A stretch of 64,000 bases of DNA. Origin: a virus. Position 1 is the first letter of the stretch; each line of letters begins with the position of its first letter. Made by a program: the position numbers and the translations under genes. Under the pieces are notes generated by a model that saw nothing but the letters and a program-made list of their open reading frames with translations, was not told the origin of the DNA and made no database searches. Positions 57,203 through 64,000 of this stretch are shown here, one piece after another. The stretch lies in IMG/VR virus record IMGVR_UViG_3300033149_003115, positions 32,001 through 96,000 of that record; one strand, written 5' to 3'.

Positions 57203-59239
57203 TTAGAAATCCCTTCTTGTACGGGTAGCTATTATCAGATCAGCTAAGAAGTCATGATCCTGCTTAGCCTTCTCTATCAGCTCCTCCTTAGGTGGAGCAG
57301 ATTGCTCTTTCCTCTCAGGCTCGGACTGAGCTGGCTTGTTACCATCCTCACTCCTTTCCTCTGATGGAGATTCCTCTTCATTCTCATTAGCATCGGGTTT
57401 AGGAGCCTCATCCTCCTCAGCTGGTTTGTCCTCATTCACACCTGGGCTCTCTGTGTCATCTGAGCCTTCCTCAGATAGCTCAGCTAGCTTGGCTTTCTTG
57501 TACTTAGCATACTTCTTACAGCTGGGGAGATGAGCTAACAGGTCTTTTCTGCTCTTGAACACCTTACCACAGAACTTACATCTGAAGACCTCTTCCAGTG
57601 TCTCCTTGTACATCTCACACTCCTTGTAATGCTCCTCCAGATCATCCACTAGCTCATTACAAAAGACACATCTCTTACGTCTAAGCTCTTCCGTGTCCTC
57701 ACTCAGGTCATTGTCCTCCAGATTGTCCTCCTTCTTCTTCTCCTCTTTCTTCTCAGGGTACTTCCCCTCCTCATATTTCCCATATTCCTCTGAATGTTCT
57801 TTATTAAAGTGTTCTATCATTTCCTCCTTGGTGTCAAACTCCTTACCACACACTGGACACTTGACCTTCTCTTCCTTTCCTTCCTCTATGGTCTCTGGGT
57901 GGTCAGTGCCTATTGGTATAATGACTCCCTGGGACTTTGTTTCCTCTGTTTTCCCTCCTTTACTGATGTAATCCTTAGCTTCATCCTCAGTATCAAACTG
58001 AGCCACTATTTTCCACATACCAAACCCTTTCTTACCAGTAGCCTGGAACACGACGTACTTGTTTCTCACTTTCTTGTAAGCTAGATCCCCCTTCTTTGGG
58101 TTCTCTGGTAACCCAGCCAGATCCTCCTCTGACATCTCAATAATGGGAACAGTTCCCATAGAGTCCTCAGATGCTGATCCTCTTGGGGGTAATAGCTTGT
58201 AAGCATCCTCACCCACCAGCTCAAGTAGCTTCTTAGCCTTCTCCTCACCAAAATGAGCTATTAGTCTTTCTCTCTCCGTCCTGGGTCCTGATCCCTCTGT
58301 GTCATCTGACTTCTCATAATAAGGATAATAGTAGGGGTAATAGGGGTAATAGTAATAATGTGGTACTGGGTAGTAGTAGTATCCCTTCTTCCTCTTAACC
58401 CTTTTCTTAGTAGAAGGGTATTTCCCAGGTTGATAGTACTCGTAGATCACTCTCTTTCTCTTCAGAGCTTCAGCTAGGTCCATGAACTCCAGCTCTACTT
58501 CCTCTACTTCACCATCTTGCTCATCCTCTGGCAACACTGCTACCTTAGGTGTTGATAGCTCAAAATACTCATCACTCACTTCTTTTCTCTCCTCCTTTAA
58601 TTCTTTATCATTCTCATTATTAATAACTGTTTCTTTTATTATACCATAATACTTGTATACAGGGGTGTTATCCTCACCCTCGCTTAGTGTCTCTTTAGAG
58701 ACTATAACACAAGCCTTACAAGCTGGGTTAGTAGTTAAGGAGTTATCAATAGGCTCATAATCAACCCCTTTCACCAGGGTACCATCGCTTATCTTTCTAA
58801 GCCTAGTCTTCATGCTAGTAGCTGGGAAAGTACCATCCTTAACCAGCTCAACAGCTTTGGGATCCACAACTTCAGCCTCATATAGTATAGCTCCCAGTGT
58901 GTCAGACCACTCCACCCTGGTGTGTTTACCAACATCTTTATCCTTAAACTCATCAGTCTTCTCATGCTCTACCTTGAGAGGTAGCTTAGCCAGCTTGTCT
59001 TTAAACCTCTCGTACATCTTCTTCAGTTCGTCTTTGGTGTAGAGCACTCCATTCCACATCCCCTCAGCTAGCAAAATACCAGATATCTTGATCTTATTCT
59101 TAAGCTCTTGATCTATTCTGAAATTAGATAAGGTCTGGGTCTCTACATAGCTCAGGGTGACATCCTTAGAGCTAGACACCTGATTTCTTAAATAGGTATT
59201 TTCAGCTATCAGCTCTTCCAGAATAGAATCATTACTCAT
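57203..59239 (-). CDS. prohead protease-scaffold fusion with C2H2-like zinc fingers
   Basis: AEGMWNGVLY...LKVEH...VG...SLTTNPAC protease-like domain; Tyr-rich tract; CPVCGKEF, CVFC, CKFCGK; acidic tail. Confidence 0.7.
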   Translation of the reverse strand: MSNDSILEELIAENTYLRNQVSSSKDVTLSYVETQTLSNFRIDQELKNKIKISGILLAEGMWNGVLYTKDELKKMYERFKDKLAKLPLKVEHEKTDEFKDKDVGKHTRVEWSDTLGAILYEAEVVDPKAVELVKDGTFPATSMKTRLRKISDGTLVKGVDYEPIDNSLTTNPACKACVIVSKETLSEGEDNTPVYKYYGIIKETVINNENDKELKEERKEVSDEYFELSTPKVAVLPEDEQDGEVEEVELEFMDLAEALKRKRVIYEYYQPGKYPSTKKRVKRKKGYYYYPVPHYYYYPYYPYYYPYYEKSDDTEGSGPRTERERLIAHFGEEKAKKLLELVGEDAYKLLPPRGSASEDSMGTVPIIEMSEEDLAGLPENPKKGDLAYKKVRNKYVVFQATGKKGFGMWKIVAQFDTEDEAKDYISKGGKTEETKSQGVIIPIGTDHPETIEEGKEEKVKCPVCGKEFDTKEEMIEHFNKEHSEEYGKYEEGKYPEKKEEKKKEDNLEDNDLSEDTEELRRKRCVFCNELVDDLEEHYKECEMYKETLEEVFRCKFCGKVFKSRKDLLAHLPSCKKYAKYKKAKLAELSEEGSDDTESPGVNEDKPAEEDEAPKPDANENEEESPSEERSEDGNKPAQSEPERKEQSAPPKEELIEKAKQDHDFLADLIIATRTRRDF

Positions 59240-59272
59240 GTCATATCACTACTACTAAATTACTATCTTGAT

Positions 59273-59282
59273 GTTTATAAAT
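59273..59282 (-). promoter_or_regulatory. TATA box upstream of the protease-scaffold gene
   Basis: AAAGAATTTATAAAC on the minus strand. Confidence 0.5.
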
Positions 59283-59289
59283 TCTTTTA

Positions 59290-59613
59290 TTATATGTAGA
59301 ACTGTGAAGGCTCATCCTCCTCTTTTTCTAGCTCCAGCTTGGACTGTAGATACTTGGTCCACCTGACATCATTCTCTAAGAACATTACGGCTATGACCTT
59401 AAACTCCTCAAAGATCCTCTTGAGATCATCCTCACTAAAGGAGTTCATAATAGTGGGGTTATCTAACCAGTATTTCCATCCCTGACAGCTAGAGACTATT
59501 GCTCTATTACACTTTAGTATGTTAGTGAGGTATTCTAGTCTGTCCCTACTCCTAGACTTCTTGATCCTATTGATCTCTTCTCTTACCTTACCCAGCCATT
59601 CCTCTATCTTCAT
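59290..59613 (-). CDS. DUF2153-like archaeal protein
   Basis: DRLE...GWKYWLDNPTIM...L.ND pattern. Confidence 0.65.
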   Translation of the reverse strand: MKIEEWLGKVREEINRIKKSRSRDRLEYLTNILKCNRAIVSSCQGWKYWLDNPTIMNSFSEDDLKRIFEEFKVIAVMFLENDVRWTKYLQSKLELEKEEDEPSQFYI

Positions 59614-59616
59614 TAT

Positions 59617-61539
59617 CTATCCCTCTTTTCTGATCTGAGCATGACCCCATGAGTCCAGTCTATTCTTTTTTATCCATTGAATTGCATCCTTATAAGTCCA
59701 TTCTTTACTAAAGGTGACATAAGGTATCCTAGCCTGGTGTATCCTGCCTGGCACTGAGTATAACCCAATCGCTATATCAACCCCTTTGGGGATCTCCAGA
59801 TCAGGTAGATATGCTTTGATCTTCTCATCAGGCTCAACCTTGGTAAATCTTCTTAGATCGTATATCCTAACTATGAAGTGATCCCACCCTTTTCTCTGCT
59901 CTATTCTGAGTGGTGAGAATGGTTTACCCTCTCTTGGATCCCCTTCTTTATCAAGTTCATAGTAGAATGACAATAGTGATAGCTCACCAGGTAGCTTGGA
60001 CTTCATGAACTCCCATATCCTATCCTTTTTCCTAGCTATATAGAAACCCCTGAGCTTTTTCCCATGTAGCTCCAGTGATAAGAAATTAAGACTATCAGAT
60101 AAGAGAGTGACATTGCCATGATCTAGTGTCCTGACTTTGCTCCACACACCAAAAGCTTTCATCTTGGTGCTCTTAGGCTTCACCCTCATCCATTCCATGT
60201 CATAGCACCTCTTACGAACAGCTCTGATAGGCTCCTCCACTTTTGTAGTTCTGGGATCCTTGTACAAATTAAGCTCTTCCAGGTACTTCTGACCTCCAAG
60301 CTTCCATCTTAGATCCCAGTGTATCTTCCCAGAGTCCATAGGAAACTCATGTTCATCTAAGACAAACACCCCTTTGGTGAGATCCATCTCTTGTGATAGC
60401 TTCTCAAACACAAAGGTATCTGTACCTTTCTCCTCTTGTCTAATTTCCCACTTACCTTTTAGCTTTCTACCTTTGAAGTTAAGGGAGATAATCTCTACTC
60501 CCTCTTCTATAGTAGTGTTGTAAGAAGCTTCTCCTCTGTCTATAATGGTATATTTTCCCAATAACCTCTTATTAGGATTAAAGTTAGTGTCTGGTTGGGT
60601 AGGACCCTCGTATGTCAACCATTTCCTACTAGATCTTTCAAGCTCATAAGCAGACATTATCTTGTCTTTAAGAGGGTAACCATCCAGCAGAAAAGTTCGT
60701 ACTTTACCACTCCCTTTATCATCTAGTAGCAGGAACCATCTAAACTGAGGCATCTGTCTACCACTTTTAGCCCTAGCTCCAAACCATGATGACAACCCTA
60801 GTGTGAACTTTATACTGGATAGCTCACTAAGCTCTCCTCTCATGTATTTGATCCATCTCTCGTATTCCTTAGGGAAGTTCTTCTTAGCCCATTCCTCTGG
60901 GAAAGGTACAATCCCCTTTGGTGGTTTCCATCCCTTCTTGATACCTCTGGAAATAGCATAAGGTGTTTTGTCCTTAGCCACCATGAATCTCCACATACGC
61001 TCTGATTTCCCAGTAGGTCTCTTAGTCTTAGGATCAATCTTCTGTACTTTGATAGCTCTAAACACTAATCTAGTCCAGTCCTTCCATGTGTTCCCTTTTA
61101 CAAAGTACTCCAGGTAATAGGGTTTCAGAGCACCAAACTTGACCTTCAGTCTGTCTAGTACTCTCATGTGCCCTTCAGCCTCCTCCCCAGCTCCCACCTC
61201 TCCAGGCTTGAAGGTGAACACCTCCCCTATCTTTAGGTTCTTGAATAACCACTGCTTGGGTTGTATAGCTTTGGTCTCAGCTCTAAATCCCTTCCCTGGA
61301 ACCAGCTTGTCCATTGTAGGAGGGTTATCGGTGTTAAATCCCACTATAGCAAAACCTACCAGGTGATCATCAACACTGAACCTAATATCATAATGGGAGG
61401 ATCTCCCAATATCATGTCTCTCTATCACTCCTTCAGTGATCTTGTTACCCTTAGGATATTCCAGGTATCTAGATTGTAGATCTATACATACCTTGGGAGG
61501 TACATATAGTTCATCCAACATTTCTTTACTTATCCTCAT
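59617..61539 (-). CDS. protein with three LigD 3'-phosphoesterase-like domains
   Basis: ERH...SHYDIRF; DEH...IHWDLRW; repeated D.G...(F/L).G.KL.G.(W/F) C-terminal motifs. Confidence 0.65.
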   Translation of the reverse strand: MRISKEMLDELYVPPKVCIDLQSRYLEYPKGNKITEGVIERHDIGRSSHYDIRFSVDDHLVGFAIVGFNTDNPPTMDKLVPGKGFRAETKAIQPKQWLFKNLKIGEVFTFKPGEVGAGEEAEGHMRVLDRLKVKFGALKPYYLEYFVKGNTWKDWTRLVFRAIKVQKIDPKTKRPTGKSERMWRFMVAKDKTPYAISRGIKKGWKPPKGIVPFPEEWAKKNFPKEYERWIKYMRGELSELSSIKFTLGLSSWFGARAKSGRQMPQFRWFLLLDDKGSGKVRTFLLDGYPLKDKIMSAYELERSSRKWLTYEGPTQPDTNFNPNKRLLGKYTIIDRGEASYNTTIEEGVEIISLNFKGRKLKGKWEIRQEEKGTDTFVFEKLSQEMDLTKGVFVLDEHEFPMDSGKIHWDLRWKLGGQKYLEELNLYKDPRTTKVEEPIRAVRKRCYDMEWMRVKPKSTKMKAFGVWSKVRTLDHGNVTLLSDSLNFLSLELHGKKLRGFYIARKKDRIWEFMKSKLPGELSLLSFYYELDKEGDPREGKPFSPLRIEQRKGWDHFIVRIYDLRRFTKVEPDEKIKAYLPDLEIPKGVDIAIGLYSVPGRIHQARIPYVTFSKEWTYKDAIQWIKKNRLDSWGHAQIRKEG

Positions 61540-63995
61540 CTATCTATCTCCTCTACCTTATAATCTGATGTAACAATCTTGGGATATGGCTTTCTATTAT
61601 AAGTCTTCATACCATAGTAATACCCCTTCACATACACACATTTGTAGATATTAGCCAAAGGACAGGCTATAGGGTATTTGAGATGCTCTATCTTGACCTT
61701 GGTTAGCTCTTCATTCCTAGGTTTAATAAATATCTGCTTAAGAGGACATATCCGCTTATCTTCAGAGAATGGACAAGGGGGTAGCCTGATGATGACCTCA
61801 GGTTCTATACTTTCCAGTTCTTCCATAGATAGTGACCTAATATCCTTAGGAGCTGGTCTGGTCCTAAGCTTAGCTATCCTCTCTACTGTAGTCAGAGTAT
61901 CAGGTTCGGTCTTGTCAGCTCTTTTCTCTTTAAAGAGAGGAAACATCCAAGTATATTTCATCTTACCATCTTCATTTACATATTTCCTTATTCTAATAGG
62001 CATTACAGTTATTATATCTCCTCTCTTACACTTGACATCAGTGGCATAAGTCTTCCCTATAATAGCATAGTGTTTACCCCTGTACTCAACCACGTTGTCC
62101 TTCTGGAACTCATTAACTTTATTCTCAGGGATCAAGTATACTGAAATATACATATAGTTACCCATAGGCTCTCCAGTCTTGGTCCTCTTCTTCTCCTCTT
62201 TATCCCACACCATGACATCTATTTCCTTTAGGTTCTTGAGTTTACACATTCTCTCTGAACGGTTTTCTCCTTTGTACTTGATAGGATATAATAAACTAGC
62301 TGCTTTAGCAACCACACCTTCACTACCATTATAGTTCCTCATCTTTCTAACAGCATCTATGAACTCTTTAGGAGTTGTAGCAACTATGGATCTAACCCTG
62401 TCTAGATACCTAGCATCTTTAGGTACCACTTTATCAAGGATCTTAAACCTCTCAGAGTATGGTTTATCCACTAATGTCTCTCCATCTAGATACATTATAT
62501 CATAGAAGACATACACCACCTTATCCTCAAACCCTTCAGGAACTTTACCAGAAGTGATAACAGCTGTGTCCTCTCTCTCCATGAGCGGATACCTGTCTCT
62601 CTTGATCCTAGCTGACTTGACCTTGACATTGCTAGGTATTTTGAAAGCTACCATTTCCCCATCCAGGATACATTCATCACACTTTAGCTTCTCCTTGATC
62701 TCCTTAACAACATTGGGGAACTGACTAGCTCTGTCCCTTTGTCTATCCTCAGTTATTATTTTCACCATGTCCTTGCTCTTATCAATGTGTAATTGGAGCC
62801 TCCTCCCATCAACCTTCTCCTGAACATATATCCCCTCATCCAGGTATCTCTTAGCCCATTTCTCATACATATCCTGGGGATCAAAGAACTCATATTTGAA
62901 AAACCCTGACTTGGGTTTAAGTCCTATAATTGGTTTACCAACCTTAAGCTTGGTGTTTCTAAGGATGACATTCTTACTGAGGTCTCTATAAGGACCAAAC
63001 CCTCTAACAAAGTCATCCTTAGGCACTTTGATCAGCCCATAATGATATGCTGGGTAGCTCATACCTATTGAAGGACCATTAGGGTCAAACACTGGATGAA
63101 TAAGCTTAGCTAACCACGAGGGCTTGATCTCTTTTATAGCTTTTATCACCCTGGGATCTGGGTACTGTCTAAGAACCAAGTCCTGATCATGGGTCTTGTC
63201 AGCTTTACCCTCATTGGCTCTTCTACCAGTGAAGTAAGCTGCCCAGGGTTGTCCTCTGATAGGGATAATAGATGGAGCTGCATTGTAGATATCTTCTATA
63301 GTGATCTCACCCTCTGGTTCTGGTACATCATCATCCTCTTCTGATAACCCCTTGATTGTTGGGTATTCAGTCACCTCTAACTCTATAGCTTTTTCCAGGA
63401 TATTGTCTCCTCTATATTTCTCCCATAGTCCTCTCTTGAACATTTCTATTCCTACAAAAGTGGCACTATCTTGGATGTTCTCAGGTATTCTATTTGGCTC
63501 ATCAGCTGTTTCTTTAGCTCTTTCTACTAAGAACTTCCATACATCTACAAGCTCCTTATCCGTTAACTCTTTAACAAATACTATATCAATATCTTCTATC
63601 CTCATACCTTCAGGTAGCTTCCATCTTAGTTCCTTGCTCTCTTTCCATGGAATCTCCTTACCATATATCTCTATAGCTTTCCTAAACCCCTCAGCTGCAT
63701 ATTTGGTATATGTCTCTGGTCTGTTGAACTCAAACCCTCTCCTGATCATTTCTGGCAATAGTTTCTTAGCTATAAACCACACCATGTCGTCTTCTTTCCA
63801 GTTCTTGTACTTCTTTCCCTGTCTCATGTTAGAATAATGTCCTAGTGCTAGTCTAAAGTCATCCCCAAGCTGTTTCTTACTTACCTTTCTAGGATCATAA
63901 GTCTTAATGTCCATGAATAACCAGTCCACAGCTCTATCACAGCTGGTTCTACTTAGATGTTCTAACCCTCTATCTATCATTTCCTTAGCTATCAT
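61536..63995 (-). CDS. multidomain ATP-dependent DNA ligase
   Basis: QEKVDGRR, ILDGEMV, FYDIMYLDG, EGVVAK, KLK; extra N-terminal domains. Confidence 0.9.
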   Translation of the reverse strand: MIAKEMIDRGLEHLSRTSCDRAVDWLFMDIKTYDPRKVSKKQLGDDFRLALGHYSNMRQGKKYKNWKEDDMVWFIAKKLLPEMIRRGFEFNRPETYTKYAAEGFRKAIEIYGKEIPWKESKELRWKLPEGMRIEDIDIVFVKELTDKELVDVWKFLVERAKETADEPNRIPENIQDSATFVGIEMFKRGLWEKYRGDNILEKAIELEVTEYPTIKGLSEEDDDVPEPEGEITIEDIYNAAPSIIPIRGQPWAAYFTGRRANEGKADKTHDQDLVLRQYPDPRVIKAIKEIKPSWLAKLIHPVFDPNGPSIGMSYPAYHYGLIKVPKDDFVRGFGPYRDLSKNVILRNTKLKVGKPIIGLKPKSGFFKYEFFDPQDMYEKWAKRYLDEGIYVQEKVDGRRLQLHIDKSKDMVKIITEDRQRDRASQFPNVVKEIKEKLKCDECILDGEMVAFKIPSNVKVKSARIKRDRYPLMEREDTAVITSGKVPEGFEDKVVYVFYDIMYLDGETLVDKPYSERFKILDKVVPKDARYLDRVRSIVATTPKEFIDAVRKMRNYNGSEGVVAKAASLLYPIKYKGENRSERMCKLKNLKEIDVMVWDKEEKKRTKTGEPMGNYMYISVYLIPENKVNEFQKDNVVEYRGKHYAIIGKTYATDVKCKRGDIITVMPIRIRKYVNEDGKMKYTWMFPLFKEKRADKTEPDTLTTVERIAKLRTRPAPKDIRSLSMEELESIEPEVIIRLPPCPFSEDKRICPLKQIFIKPRNEELTKVKIEHLKYPIACPLANIYKCVYVKGYYYGMKTYNRKPYPKIVTSDYKVEEIDR

Positions 63996-64000
63996 GAAAT

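Noticed and set aside
55566-59276. 15-nt inverted repeat AAACATCAAGATAGT (55566-55580 and 59262-59276) flanking the scaffold/capsid-2 cassette, as a possible invertible segment
   Set aside because: A few 15-mer matches are expected by chance in 64 kb and no recombinase is visible.
1-64000. tRNA/rRNA genes, integrase, terminase, stop-codon recoding
   Set aside because: None recognised by eye, and long genes translate intact with all three stop codons used. A tRNAscan-SE run would be needed to exclude tRNAs.

Overview
This is a gene-dense 64 kb segment of a large, probably lytic, tailed archaeal virus (HK97-fold head). The evidence is archaeal RadA, XPF/ERCC4 nuclease, PolB with a C-terminal PIP-like box, a DUF2153-like gene, TATA-box promoters and GAGGTGA-type ribosome-binding sites. 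The + strand (1-51.3 kb) carries, in order: an early block of small Cys-rich paralogs with an RNA ligase; two ParB-like proteins; two methyltransferases; an AAA+ ATPase; a replication/recombination module; a serine protease and portal; class III ribonucleotide reductase; and an 11 kb glycosylation/radical-SAM cluster that includes an intein. The - strand (51.4-64 kb) is a head/neck operon with two major-capsid paralogs, a protease-scaffold, an ATP-dependent DNA ligase and a triple LigD-phosphoesterase-like protein. Four observations stand out. (1) About 28 small, often unrelated proteins end in the same C-terminal tag (basic residue, hydrophobic pair, D/E, terminal L/I, e.g. VIEDL, VIDEL). (2) A free-standing LAGLIDADG gene has replaced the 3' end of its host gene and left the original end downstream. 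(3) A probably virion-packaged DNA end-repair module has recurrent Leu-Ser linkers at its domain boundaries. (4) There is a candidate lipid-linked pentose glycosylation pathway. All assignments come from reading motifs by eye; no database searches were run.
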